Positions 1 to 9,534 of a stretch of 38,439 nucleotides of DNA are shown here, piece by piece. Location: NCBI GenBank assembly GCA_964366435.1, contig CAYITJ010000006.1, positions 1 through 38,439 of the forward strand, in the 5' to 3' direction. The notes under the pieces were generated by a model. That model did not search any database. It was not told where the DNA came from and was given only the letters and a program-made list of their open reading frames with translations. The DNA comes from an uncultured Candidatus Saccharibacteria bacterium. GTDB taxonomy: Bacteria > Patescibacteriota > Minisyncoccia > Phycocordibacterales > Phycocordibacteraceae. The position numbers and the translations under genes were made by a program. Within the stretch, counting starts at the first letter, position 1, and the number at the start of each line of letters is the position of its first letter.

Positions 1-52
1 CGCTGTAAACGTGATGGCACTGCCTTCGTTGGTTCGAATCCAACCTGGCGCA
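1..52 (+). tRNA. tRNA-Tyr(GTA), 5' part cut off by the window edge
   Basis: Anticodon loop CTGTAAA, long variable arm, T-arm GTTGG-TTCGAAT-CCAAC (28-44), acceptor 3' strand CTGGCGC and discriminator A52. CCA is not encoded. Confidence 0.9.
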
Positions 53-54
53 CA

Positions 55-85
55 AATGAAAACCCCGTAAGGGGTCTTTTCATTT
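55..85 (+). terminator. Intrinsic terminator-like hairpin after the tRNA
   Basis: AAATGAAAA-CCCC-GTAA-GGGG-TC-TTTTCATTT inverted repeat with a GNRA loop. Confidence 0.7.
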
Positions 86-116
86 CCCGCCCAAGCTCCG
101 CTATACTGTACCTACT

Positions 117-2273
117 ATGCAGCGCGCGCTTGCCCTCATGCTTATGGTGCTTATCAGTGGCGTACCTGCTTTTGCTGTTGCGCAGGAAGTACCCGAGCAG
201 GTGCTCGTTGTAGAAACTCCTACTGAAGCAGTAACAACCCCTACAGAAGTACTTACCCCATCAGAAGAGCCAGCGCCGCCAGCTGCAGAAGAAGTGGAGG
301 AGCTTCCTGGCACCTATGTGGAGGGTGAAGTGATTGTTAAGTACAAAGAATCAAAGATTGACCTAGAAGACCACGGCGACCAGCAAGCTGCGGACACTGT
401 CGTGGAATCGCTTTCTATGGAAACGGTGGACGTCATTGAGGGCATGAATATGGCGGTCATAGAAACAGCAGAGGACACAACGGTAGCAGAGGCAATCGCA
501 GAGCTTGAGTCTAATCCTGCCGTTGAATACGCAGAACCAAACTACGTTCGCTCTATTGAGACACTCGCTTCAACCAGTGTAGAGCTTGCAAACTCGTGGG
601 CGCTTCAGAACACGGGGCAAACGGCGCAAGGAGTGACGGGTACGTTGGGAGCTGACATCGACGCCCTGTCCGCGTGGGACATTGCTTCTGGCACTGCAGT
701 TACCGTCGCGGTGATTGATACGGGCGTTGACTACACACACCCGGAACTTGCAGATAGCATGTGGGATGGTAGCACCTGCGTGAGTGAGACAGGCACCACC
801 TCGTGGAGCTGTGTCCACGGCTACGATTTTGAATACGACACCAGCGACCCGCAAGCTACCACCACCGACAGCACCAGCGCACACGGTACACATGTCGCAG
901 GAGTTATTGCCGCTGCACACGACGACGTGGGTGTGGTTGGCGTTGCATACGGAGCAAAGATTATGGCGCTCCGTTTTGGTCTTGATACCGCGTCTGAGAT
1001 TCGTGCCATAGATTTTGCTATTCAAAACAACATAAAGATTATTAATGCGAGCTTCGGGGGCGATACCTTTTCACAAGCTGAGTACGACGCAGTAGAACGA
1101 TTCCAAAATGCAGGAGGACTGTTCGTGGCCTCCGCAGGCAACAGCGGAGAAGACCTTGATGCCGTTGCCGAGCCTGCCTACCCCGCAAGCTACGATTTGC
1201 CAGGGATTGTGAGCGTTGCTGCAACTGATGCCTTTGACACGCTTGCGTCCTATTCCAACTTTGGCGCAACCCGGGTCGACTTAGCGGCTCCTGGTTCAAA
1301 TATCAGGAGCACCATTCCGCTTGGCGGTTATAGTTACAAGTCGGGTACTTCTATGGCAGCACCGCTTGTTTCGGGAGTCGCAGCACTTTTGTGGTCACAC
1401 GACCCGACCCTTACCGCAGCGGAAGTGAAGGCGGCACTTATGGACAGTGGGGACGAGCTCGCGACACTCTCTGGAAAGACAGTCTCTGGAAAGCGCCTGA
1501 ACGCGTACACCGCACTCGCATCAGTGGCTACTGTACCTCCTGTGGCGGATACCGAGGCACCCGTTATCACCCTTCTTGGCGACAACCCAATGAATCTAAC
1601 CATCGGAAATACATTCACAGACCCGGGCGCCGAAGTTACCGATAATGTAGACGCGACTACCACCGTCATGGGAGTGGGCACTGTGGACAGCGCTACCGCT
1701 GGTTCCTACACGCTCACCTACAGCGCAACTGACACCGCAGGGAATGTTGCGACAACGTCCACACGCAGTGTTGTGGTCTCTGCTCCTGTTGTAAGTGGTG
1801 GTGGAGGCGGAGGAGGGTCTTCTTCGTCCACGTCTCGTCGTGGTGGCGGGGGAGGCGGTTCAACCATCACTCGAGCAACTACGCCTGTGTCTGTCGCACG
1901 ACCACTCACTTCCACTGTTGCTACCCCTCGAGTGCTTGGCGCGACTACTTTTACATTCACACAAGACCTCACCGTGGGCAGTACAGGGAACGATGTGACG
2001 GAGCTGCAGCGCACCCTCACCACACTTGGCTTCTACTCAGGGCCAGTCACTGGATACTTTGGTCCACTCACTGCAAGCGCTGTCTCGGCATTTCAAAACG
2101 CGCGAGGGCTTACGTCCGCGGGACGAGTAGGCCCACAAACTCGAGCGTTACTGAATCAAGGGCAGACAGGGACACCCGTAGCAACAGTATCTCCTACGCC
2201 ATCTATGGCAGACATGCAGGCCAAACTAGTCTCGCTCTTGGCGCAGCTTGCGGCGCTCCAAGCCATGCAATAG
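117..2273 (+). CDS. Secreted S8 (subtilisin-like) serine protease with Ig-like (DUF5011-type) and peptidoglycan-binding domains
   Basis: Signal peptide; catalytic motifs VAVIDTG, HGTHVAG, SGTSMAAP; DTEAPVITLLG..YSATD Ig-like module; Gly/Ser linker; PG_binding_1-like C-terminus (GSTGNDVTELQ..TGYFGPLT..AVSAFQ..GRVGPQTR). Confidence 0.9.
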   Translation: MQRALALMLMVLISGVPAFAVAQEVPEQVLVVETPTEAVTTPTEVLTPSEEPAPPAAEEVEELPGTYVEGEVIVKYKESKIDLEDHGDQQAADTVVESLSMETVDVIEGMNMAVIETAEDTTVAEAIAELESNPAVEYAEPNYVRSIETLASTSVELANSWALQNTGQTAQGVTGTLGADIDALSAWDIASGTAVTVAVIDTGVDYTHPELADSMWDGSTCVSETGTTSWSCVHGYDFEYDTSDPQATTTDSTSAHGTHVAGVIAAAHDDVGVVGVAYGAKIMALRFGLDTASEIRAIDFAIQNNIKIINASFGGDTFSQAEYDAVERFQNAGGLFVASAGNSGEDLDAVAEPAYPASYDLPGIVSVAATDAFDTLASYSNFGATRVDLAAPGSNIRSTIPLGGYSYKSGTSMAAPLVSGVAALLWSHDPTLTAAEVKAALMDSGDELATLSGKTVSGKRLNAYTALASVATVPPVADTEAPVITLLGDNPMNLTIGNTFTDPGAEVTDNVDATTTVMGVGTVDSATAGSYTLTYSATDTAGNVATTSTRSVVVSAPVVSGGGGGGGSSSSTSRRGGGGGGSTITRATTPVSVARPLTSTVATPRVLGATTFTFTQDLTVGSTGNDVTELQRTLTTLGFYSGPVTGYFGPLTASAVSAFQNARGLTSAGRVGPQTRALLNQGQTGTPVATVSPTPSMADMQAKLVSLLAQLAALQAMQ

Positions 2274-2301
2274 TTGTCATTTACACATATCGTTGTAGAG
2301 T
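2274..2301 (+). promoter_or_regulatory. Putative sigma70 promoter for the first Gre-like gene
   Basis: TTGTCA-16nt-TAGAGT, with AGGGGG as SD upstream of the TTG start at 2356. Confidence 0.5.
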
Positions 2302-2355
2302 AGGAATGCGGCCAACCGGCCGCATTCACATTGAACCTTCTAAAGGGGGAACGAA

Positions 2356-2955
2356 TTGTCTCACGATATACCTGAAACCGGTCCACTCCCGTGGACTTCG
2401 CTTGGCATCCTGCGTCAGCAGCGTGTCGTAGCGGAAGCCAAGGCCAGGTACGATGCAGCCGTCCAGGCCCTGGGCAGCCAGGAGGGTGTGCTGCACGAAG
2501 AGCAGCGCCTGGAAGCTCTTCCGTCCAAAGATGAGCGCGATCTGCTTCGCCACATCTGGAAGGCGGCTGAGGTGCTCTACGGGCGTCTGCAGCCCCTCCC
2601 CAAGACCATCACCACCAACCGTGGTTGCACGGGCCTGGTCGTGAAGCTCGCTCACCAGAGCGACGAGATGATCGAGAAGCGTGGCAACACCGAAATTCTC
2701 GGTCTCGGAGGGCCTGGCGAAAACGACACGGAGAGCAAACTCCGCATCTTCGGCATCAACTCCCCGATTGGGGCAGCGCTGAAGGGCAAGGATGTCGGCG
2801 ACATTGTCCGCGTGTTCACACCGGACGACGGCCATTACGATGTCGAGATCCTCTCGTTAGAAACGCTCACCGCGTTCCTCGAACGTCTGCCGACTTCCAT
2901 GGACGGCCTCGACGCCGCCCAACTGGAACTCGGGTTCGGAACATCGCCGGCCTGA
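2356..2955 (+). CDS. Divergent GreA/GreB-family transcription factor (paralog 1)
   Basis: N-terminal WTSLG (cf. lTxxG) and a helical hairpin; C-terminal Gre motif INSPIGAALKGKDVGDIVRVFTPDDG..VEILSLE. TTG start with SD. Confidence 0.8.
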   Translation: MSHDIPETGPLPWTSLGILRQQRVVAEAKARYDAAVQALGSQEGVLHEEQRLEALPSKDERDLLRHIWKAAEVLYGRLQPLPKTITTNRGCTGLVVKLAHQSDEMIEKRGNTEILGLGGPGENDTESKLRIFGINSPIGAALKGKDVGDIVRVFTPDDGHYDVEILSLETLTAFLERLPTSMDGLDAAQLELGFGTSPA

Positions 2956-3164
2956 CACCCAATCGACAACACGCGTAAGCGTGAAGTCACGGGAGCAGAA
3001 GCTCCCAAGCGCCGCAAGCCTAGAACGGGCCTGCGGCGTTTCAATTTCTATACACAGCTCAGCCTGGCTATTGAAACTCACAGGAGTATGCTTCTACCCA
3101 GGCCCTGTACATTTGGGCCAACAAGAAACTATTCGAGGAAACACCCAACCAATAGGGGGAATAG

Positions 3165-3722
3165 ATGAGCGATAGAAGGTACTATGGTAAGTTCATCACA
3201 ACGAGAGGAAGGATCGAACTGGACCGACAGATAGAGGAGTGGAAAGCGAAGTTGGCAGAAAGCCTCAAGGTCAACGGAAGCCGGGCTACCCGTGGTTGCG
3301 ACAGCAGCTCTAACGGTCACCCCGGCACCGACAGCGTTGCCGCTGACCACGAGAACATGCGCCGCATCATCACTGATCTCACTCTGCTTCGTTCGCAAGC
3401 GACTCGTGCGGAGCCACCCGCTTCAAGAGAAGTTCTTCGTGTAGACATGGTGGCAACACTCATGTATAAGACGGAGGGCTCAAGCAGGAACGGGAGAGAA
3501 GTTCGTTCGCAGATCCACGTTGTCGGTTTCAACGAGAGCGATTGCGACTCGGTGCCGCGCAAGGTCTGCTACGAGGCGGCTCTCGTGCGTCCGTTCCTTG
3601 GACGAGAGGTGGGTGCCCAAGCCCACGTTTACATCGAGGGTAAGGTACGCCTAGTCACGATGACAGGTATATATTTCCTCAGTGATAGGCGAGTGAAGAA
3701 GCCTGCAGTAACCGATACGTAG
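3165..3722 (+). CDS. Divergent GreA/GreB-family transcription factor (paralog 2)
   Basis: FITTRGRIELDRQIEE N-terminus and coiled coil; C-terminal IHVVGFNESD..KVCYEAALVRPFLGREVG. SD AGGGGG. Confidence 0.7.
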   Translation: MSDRRYYGKFITTRGRIELDRQIEEWKAKLAESLKVNGSRATRGCDSSSNGHPGTDSVAADHENMRRIITDLTLLRSQATRAEPPASREVLRVDMVATLMYKTEGSSRNGREVRSQIHVVGFNESDCDSVPRKVCYEAALVRPFLGREVGAQAHVYIEGKVRLVTMTGIYFLSDRRVKKPAVTDT

Positions 3723-3741
3723 TTTCCGTTTCGGCAGTAAG

Positions 3742-3775
3742 CGCCGGCTCCGCAGAACGCGGGCCGGTGTTTCCA
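3742..3775 (+). terminator. Terminator-like hairpin after the Gre-like pair
   Basis: CGCCGGCTCCGC..GCGGGCCGGTG followed by TTT. Confidence 0.55.
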
Positions 3776-3812
3776 TTTCAACACAAGCAAGGGAGCATGG
3801 TATCGTATTTCC

Positions 3813-4766
3813 ATGACAAGCAGGCCTATTCTACTTTCGGGCATAAAGCCAACCGGCGACCCGCATATCGGCAACTACTTTGGTGCGCTCAAACAATTCG
3901 TGGACATGCAGAACCGTGGCAATCACGAGTGCTACTTCATGATTGCCGACTACCACGCACTTAACAGCGTGCAGGACGGTGACCAGATGCGCGCGCTCAC
4001 GTTAGAGCTCGCTCGCACGTTCCTGGCTATTGGCATAGACCCAAAGAAGTCAGTGATGTTTAAGCAGTCAGACGTTTCGGCACACACAGAACTCGCGTGG
4101 ATTTTTGACACTATCACCACCATGCCCTACCTGATGCGCGCGCACGCCTACAAAGACTCTGAGGCAAAGAACAAAGAAATTGTGGTGGGAACCTTTAACT
4201 ACCCAATGCTTATGGCGGCAGATATTTTGCTCTACGACACGGCAACCGTGCCGGTGGGACAAGACCAAAAACAACACATAGAATACGCGCGCGACGCTGC
4301 AGAGAAGTTCAATCGAACCTACGAGGAGGTCTTCCGACTACCTACAGAGATGATTGTTCCAGAAGTAGCTATTGTGCCAGGAGTAGACGGGGAGAAGATG
4401 AGCAAGAGCTACGGCAACACTATTCCGCTTTTTGCTACTCGTGAGGAGATTACTCAGAAAGTCATGGGTATCGTCACCGACTCTGACGGAGACGTACCAA
4501 CAAACGTATACGCCATACACCGACTCGTAAAGACTGCCGAGCAGCTCGCGCCACTGTACGAGGAGCACCGCGGACGATACAAGGCGCTCAAAGATGCGTT
4601 GGTGGATGATTTAGATGCGTTTATTGCGCCCATGCGTGCCAAGTACGAAGCACTCGGGAAGAGTCCAGAGAAAGTAGCCAAGATTTTGAGCGAAGGAGGA
4701 AAGAAGGCAAACAAGAAAGCAGAGCAGAAGATGAAGCAGGTGCGCAAGGCGGTTGGCGTGCGCTAA
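3813..4766 (+). CDS. trpS: Tryptophan--tRNA ligase
   Basis: SGIKPTG, HIGN, VPVGQDQKQH and KMSKS motifs. Confidence 0.97.
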   Translation: MTSRPILLSGIKPTGDPHIGNYFGALKQFVDMQNRGNHECYFMIADYHALNSVQDGDQMRALTLELARTFLAIGIDPKKSVMFKQSDVSAHTELAWIFDTITTMPYLMRAHAYKDSEAKNKEIVVGTFNYPMLMAADILLYDTATVPVGQDQKQHIEYARDAAEKFNRTYEEVFRLPTEMIVPEVAIVPGVDGEKMSKSYGNTIPLFATREEITQKVMGIVTDSDGDVPTNVYAIHRLVKTAEQLAPLYEEHRGRYKALKDALVDDLDAFIAPMRAKYEALGKSPEKVAKILSEGGKKANKKAEQKMKQVRKAVGVR

Positions 4767-4834
4767 TTATTGCTTTTCCCTGTAGCAAGAGTATTGTGCG
4801 AGCGACTGTCCAAGAGACAGAAGGAGGGTGACGA

Positions 4835-5104
4835 ATGGTCTTTCAAGAAGTCTTTATTTCTCTCTGGGAATTAACCCCCGAAACTCGACAGGCCCTCGTC
4901 ATTCGACTCCTAAATCATTCAGGGCCTGTCTCCTGTGAGTTGCCTGACAGCCTACCTGCGGGTGAGGAGTTTGATCGGGTTGTCTCACACCTGGCCCTGT
5001 ACGAGGACGTAGCGCGGAGGACTCGTCTGCTCGCAGACTTCACTGCGTTTCTGATGAGCGAGCATCGCATATGGCTGTATCGAACGCAGGCGCCGTCTAC
5101 CTAG
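4835..5104 (+). CDS. Hypothetical protein (89 aa)
   Basis: ORF with strong SD AAGGAGG and upstream TTGCTT-16-TATTGT. No family recognised. Confidence 0.6.
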   Translation: MVFQEVFISLWELTPETRQALVIRLLNHSGPVSCELPDSLPAGEEFDRVVSHLALYEDVARRTRLLADFTAFLMSEHRIWLYRTQAPST

Positions 5105-5173
5105 TACTACGCAACTGGTGGTCTGGACTTACGACCCAGACCACCTGCAACGACAAAAAAGAGGACGAATTAC

Positions 5174-5350
5174 GTGCAACATCATCTGTTCAAGGGGAGA
5201 CAGCCCTTTCAAATGCTGAAGGAGTGGCAGGGCAGAAAGGCTGCCCGCGACAAGGCCGTGGAGGTCTGTGGGTACTACATCGGCTCTGAACGTCATACCC
5301 TGTACGTGTTCTACGAAACCGAAACTTGCGACCGCCCCGCCAACGAGTAA
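5174..5350 (+). CDS. Small hypothetical protein (58 aa, not in the ORF track)
   Basis: GTG start 8 nt after GAGGA. Translates as MQHHLFKGRQPFQMLKEWQGRKAARDKAVEVCGYYIGSERHTLYVFYETETCDRPANE*. The stop lies in hairpin 5333-5364. Confidence 0.5.
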   Translation: MQHHLFKGRQPFQMLKEWQGRKAARDKAVEVCGYYIGSERHTLYVFYETETCDRPANE

Positions 5351-5381
5351 ATCTTGGCGGGGCGTGCTATTTTATAGCCAT

Positions 5382-6773
5382 ATGGAACGCACACTTATTG
5401 GGGAGCTTGGGGCACATATCGGAGAGACGGTGTCTATTTCAGGTTTTGTAGACGTTCGCCGCGACCAGGGAAAAATGGTCTTCTTTGATTTCCGTGACCG
5501 CTCCGGCATGGTGCAGGGCGTAGTGCTCCCTAACTCTGAGGCTCTTGAGACAGCAAAAGAGGTTCGCAACGAATACGTGGTGACAATCACCGGTATCGTG
5601 AACGCACGCCCCGAGAAGAACGTGCAGGCCGACAAAGTGAATGGAAACATAGAGCTTGAGGTGACGGGTATTGAAGTGCTTTCAGAAGCAGAGACGCTTC
5701 CATTTGATATCACAACCGATACCAGTGTTATAGACGAAAGTGTTCGTCTAAAGTACCGCTATCTCGATTTGCGATCGGAACGTATGCAGCGAAATATAAA
5801 GATGCGCAGCGAGTACGTACGTCGCTGCCGCGAATTCCTATTCCAGAAAGACTTCACTGAAATTGAAACACCGCTCCTTACTGAATCCACACCAGAGGGC
5901 TCGCGCGACTTCGTGGTGCCAAGCCGCCTGAACCCTGGAAAGTTCTATGCGCTTCCACAGTCACCACAGCAGTACAAGCAGCTACTCATGACCGCTGGAT
6001 TTGAACGGTACTTCCAAACAGCACGCGCTCTTCGCGATGAAGACCTTCGTGCAGACCGTGGCTTTGAGCACACACAAATTGACATAGAGATGTCTTACGT
6101 CTCCATGGAAGATGTCATGAGTACTGTGGAAGAAATGGTGACCAAGACTGTGGAAGCTATGGGGTTCACCATTAAAGAGAAGCCCTTTCCTCGCATCTCG
6201 TACAAGGAGGCGATGGAGAAGTACGGCGCTGATAAGTTTGACTTGCGTACAGAGGAGGACAAAGCAAACAATGTTCTTGCATACGCCTGGGTTGTAAACT
6301 TCCCATTCTTTGAGAAGACCGATGAGGGCGGTTGGACTTTCACGCACAACCCTTTTTCAATGCCTATTCCCGAGCACGTTGAATGGCTTATGAAAGGCGA
6401 GAACATTGGCGACATTCTTACCACGCAGTATGACCTCGTATGCAATGGGTACGAGGCTGGAGGTGGTTCTATTCGCGCGCACCGTCCTGAAATTTTGCAG
6501 GCAACATACAAAGCCATGGGATATTCCGAGCAGGAAACTGAGGATAGTGTTGGGCACATGATTGAAGCCTTCAAGTACGGCACCCCGCCACATGGAGGAA
6601 TTGCGCTTGGTGTGGAGCGCAGTCTAATGAATCTCATGGACGAAACGTACTTGAGAGAGGTACAGGCATTCCCAATGACGCGCGGTGGGCAAACAGCTGT
6701 CATGAAGGCGCCGAAGTTTCTTGAGGAAAAACAGTTGAAGGAACTGGGACTTAAGGTAGAGAAGAAAGATTAG
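5382..6773 (+). CDS. aspS: Aspartate--tRNA ligase, short form without GAD insertion
   Basis: OB-fold N-terminus (RRDQGK..FRDRSG), RLKYRYLDLR, TPEGSRDF, LPQSPQQYKQLLM, GTPPHGGIALG. Start moved to ATG 5382. Confidence 0.95.
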   Translation: MERTLIGELGAHIGETVSISGFVDVRRDQGKMVFFDFRDRSGMVQGVVLPNSEALETAKEVRNEYVVTITGIVNARPEKNVQADKVNGNIELEVTGIEVLSEAETLPFDITTDTSVIDESVRLKYRYLDLRSERMQRNIKMRSEYVRRCREFLFQKDFTEIETPLLTESTPEGSRDFVVPSRLNPGKFYALPQSPQQYKQLLMTAGFERYFQTARALRDEDLRADRGFEHTQIDIEMSYVSMEDVMSTVEEMVTKTVEAMGFTIKEKPFPRISYKEAMEKYGADKFDLRTEEDKANNVLAYAWVVNFPFFEKTDEGGWTFTHNPFSMPIPEHVEWLMKGENIGDILTTQYDLVCNGYEAGGGSIRAHRPEILQATYKAMGYSEQETEDSVGHMIEAFKYGTPPHGGIALGVERSLMNLMDETYLREVQAFPMTRGGQTAVMKAPKFLEEKQLKELGLKVEKKD

Positions 6774-6778
6774 CGAGT

Positions 6779-8185
6779 ATGAAATTCACGTACACACCAG
6801 CAAGCCTTGCGAAGGCTCCCAAAGGATTCACTCGTGTACGACTCACCGAAGACCAAAAGGGAACGCGCCGCTTGGTGCGCGAAGCGGGTGAGGAATTCCT
6901 CGAGATTGGAACCGGCAAGCAGAGCGAGATAACACTACGCTCCTTTGTGCCGCTTGTTCGCTCTATTGCACAAACCGCAAAGAAGGAGCGTGTAAAGAAA
7001 ATTGCTCTCGAGTTTCCACTCGCTACCTTTCCAAAAATAAAAAATATAGAGGCACCAGAACTCGCCTCGCTCATTGCGCAGAACTTGCTGATGGCGACCT
7101 ACGAGTTCACCACCTACAAAACCGAACCCAAGGATGGGTTCCGGGGCGTGACTGATGTATGCGTCTGTGGAGCAACCAGCAAGGCTATTCAAGCTGGGTT
7201 CAAGAAGGGCCAGACCATTGGGGAAGAGGTGAATGCGTGCCGAGAGCTTGCCAACACTCCAGGAGGCGATATGACCCCTAAAAGCCTCGCCAGAGCCGCC
7301 AAAATGGCCGTAGCGGGCCTGCCTGTCACCGTGCGCACTCTGGGAGTACCCGAGATGAAAAAACTCGGTATGGGGGCAATTTTGGGAGTGGGTCGCGGCT
7401 CGGTAGAGGCGCCCACGTTCACCATCCTTGAGTACAAGGGCGGGGCGGGGAAGCCGATTGTCTTTGCCGGGAAGGGCATCACCTTTGACTCGGGAGGTAT
7501 CAATCTTAAGAATGGCGATGGGCACGAAATGCACATGGATATGTCGGGTGCTGCCTCTGTCATACATGCCGTTGCGCTTGCAGCTAGGTTGAAGAGTAAG
7601 AAGCACGTCATCGGCCTTATCCCCGCGGCAGAGAACATGCCAGGCGGAAATTCACTACGCCCTCACGACATTCTCACGTCACTTTCTGGCAAGACCATTG
7701 AAGTAATTAATACCGACGCTGAAGGGCGCCTCGTGCTTGCGGACGCGCTCACCTATGCAAAGCGTTTCAAGCCAGGTGTTGTGATAGATGTAGCAACACT
7801 CACCGGTGGTTCGCTCTCAGCACTCGGTCTCTACGCAAGCGGACTCCTTACGAGAGACGATGCACTCGCTGACCAACTACTCACGCTTTCAGAAACAGCA
7901 GGGGACTATCTCTGGCGTCTTCCTATGTGGGACGTATACGAGGATTCGGTAAAGAGCGGCGTTGCTGATGTTGCCAACTCGGTGTCAGGCGGCGCGGGTC
8001 GCTACGCAAGCGCGACCAATGGCGGCATGTTCCTCTGGCAGTTTGCAAAAGAGCTTGGCTGCCCATGGGCGCACCTTGATATCGCTCCAAGAATGACGAG
8101 TGCTCCTGGTGACGAGCTCGCGAAAGGTGCGGCAGGAGAACCAGTGCGCCTTTTGTATGCTTTTATAGAGGAATGGAAAGCGTAG
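6779..8185 (+). CDS. pepA: M17 leucyl aminopeptidase
   Basis: GKGITFDSGG, DMSGAA, AENMP, NTDAEGRLVLAD, ATLTG and WAHLDIA motifs. Confidence 0.95.
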   Translation: MKFTYTPASLAKAPKGFTRVRLTEDQKGTRRLVREAGEEFLEIGTGKQSEITLRSFVPLVRSIAQTAKKERVKKIALEFPLATFPKIKNIEAPELASLIAQNLLMATYEFTTYKTEPKDGFRGVTDVCVCGATSKAIQAGFKKGQTIGEEVNACRELANTPGGDMTPKSLARAAKMAVAGLPVTVRTLGVPEMKKLGMGAILGVGRGSVEAPTFTILEYKGGAGKPIVFAGKGITFDSGGINLKNGDGHEMHMDMSGAASVIHAVALAARLKSKKHVIGLIPAAENMPGGNSLRPHDILTSLSGKTIEVINTDAEGRLVLADALTYAKRFKPGVVIDVATLTGGSLSALGLYASGLLTRDDALADQLLTLSETAGDYLWRLPMWDVYEDSVKSGVADVANSVSGGAGRYASATNGGMFLWQFAKELGCPWAHLDIAPRMTSAPGDELAKGAAGEPVRLLYAFIEEWKA

Positions 8186-8916
8186 CGCACGACCAGGGAT
8201 TTCACATACGCACCCACGTCTACGAAGGACCCTTCGGTCTTATTCTTGATTTGATTGAAAAGCGAAAGCTCTCCGTGAATGAGCTTTCGCTTGCGCAGGT
8301 AACGGACGACTACATTCAGTTTGTCCGGGGGCAGGGACAGTTTCCTATGGAGGAGGCTGCGCAATTTATCGGCACTGCAGCAACACTGCTCCTTATCAAA
8401 TCAAAGTCGCTTATTCCAGAGCTTGAGCTCTCTGGTGAGGAAGAAGAGGACGTGGACGATTTGAAGAAGCGCTTGGCAGAGTACGAGCGTGTGCGTGAGT
8501 ACGCACGGGAAGTAGCAAGACTGTACGGACACTACGTGATGGTGGAGGCTGGCGTGCGTGTGCCCGAGCCATTCTTTGCTCCGTCGCGCGACCTCACGCT
8601 TCCAAACCTCACCGAGGCCTTAGAGGGCGCACTGGCAGCCCTGGAGAAGGCACAGGAGAAACTACCGGAGGCGCGTGTGCGCACCCTCGTTTCTATAGAA
8701 GAAGTGATGGATACACTCCTTACGCGAGTTCAGCGAGCTATGACGCTTTCATTCAAGGAATTCTCAGGCGACAAGACCGAGCGAGTAGAGGTCATTGTGT
8801 CCTTTTTAGCGCTCCTTGAGCTGGTGAAACAGGGGGCAGTGGACGCACTCCAGCACGAGAGCTTCTCTGATATCAGCATCACGAACACGAGCGGCTCGGT
8901 GCCGCACTACGGCTAA
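8173..8916 (+). CDS. scpA: Segregation/condensation protein A
   Basis: YEGPFGLILDLIEKRKL, AATLLLIKSKSLIP, VSFLALLELVK. Confidence 0.92.
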   Translation: MESVAHDQGFHIRTHVYEGPFGLILDLIEKRKLSVNELSLAQVTDDYIQFVRGQGQFPMEEAAQFIGTAATLLLIKSKSLIPELELSGEEEEDVDDLKKRLAEYERVREYAREVARLYGHYVMVEAGVRVPEPFFAPSRDLTLPNLTEALEGALAALEKAQEKLPEARVRTLVSIEEVMDTLLTRVQRAMTLSFKEFSGDKTERVEVIVSFLALLELVKQGAVDALQHESFSDISITNTSGSVPHYG

Positions 8917-8979
8917 GCCCCGCGTCCCCATGTGTGCGGGTTCCGTAGCCCTGGTCTGTGCGGTATTCTATATCTACCT

Positions 8980-9534
8980 ATGATACTTTCTCCTTCGGCC
9001 CAGCTTGAGGCACTTTTGTTTGCAGAGGGTGGTCCACTCACGAAGAAGCAATTGTGCGGGCTGCTTGATCTGTCTAGTGACGCGCTTGAGCTTGCCGTAG
9101 ACGAGCTCGTGGTGGCGCTGGCTTCTCGAGGACTTTCAGTCGTGCAAACAGAGACGGAGCTTGAACTACGCACCAGCCCATGGGCCGCAGACACCATACG
9201 TAAACTTCGGGAAAGCGAGCTTGCGCGCGACCTAGGGAAAGCGTCCCTTGAAACGCTCGCTATTATTTTGTACCGAGGGTCTGCAACACGCTCTGATATT
9301 GATTGGGTGCGCGGCGTAAATTCAGCAGCAGCGCTGCGTGCACTATCGCTGCGCGGCTTAATTGAGCGAAGTGAAGACGAGACAGACAAGCGACGCGCGC
9401 GCTATCGCGCTACGGTGGACGCGCTTGCACACCTTGGCGTCGGTAAACGCGAAGATTTGCCACGCTACACTGAACTCACGAGCGCTATTGCAGAAGGGGA
9501 GGTGCGCAGAGAACTAGCAGAAACAGATGTATGA
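8980..9534 (+). CDS. scpB: Segregation/condensation protein B
   Basis: LEALLF, LETLAIILY..TRSDIDWVRGVNS. Follows scpA. Start set to ATG 8980. Confidence 0.92.
   Translation: MILSPSAQLEALLFAEGGPLTKKQLCGLLDLSSDALELAVDELVVALASRGLSVVQTETELELRTSPWAADTIRKLRESELARDLGKASLETLAIILYRGSATRSDIDWVRGVNSAAALRALSLRGLIERSEDETDKRRARYRATVDALAHLGVGKREDLPRYTELTSAIAEGEVRRELAETDV

Noticed and set aside
1795-1862. GGN/TCN low-complexity run, and the similar Pro-Ala-Glu repeats at 24510-24630
   Set aside because: Ordinary protein linkers, not a DNA repeat array or CRISPR.
5382-6773. Short AspRS lacking the GAD insertion as a novelty
   Set aside because: To my knowledge this short form is common in reduced CPR genomes. 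Discriminating status cannot be called from the RRDQGK motif.
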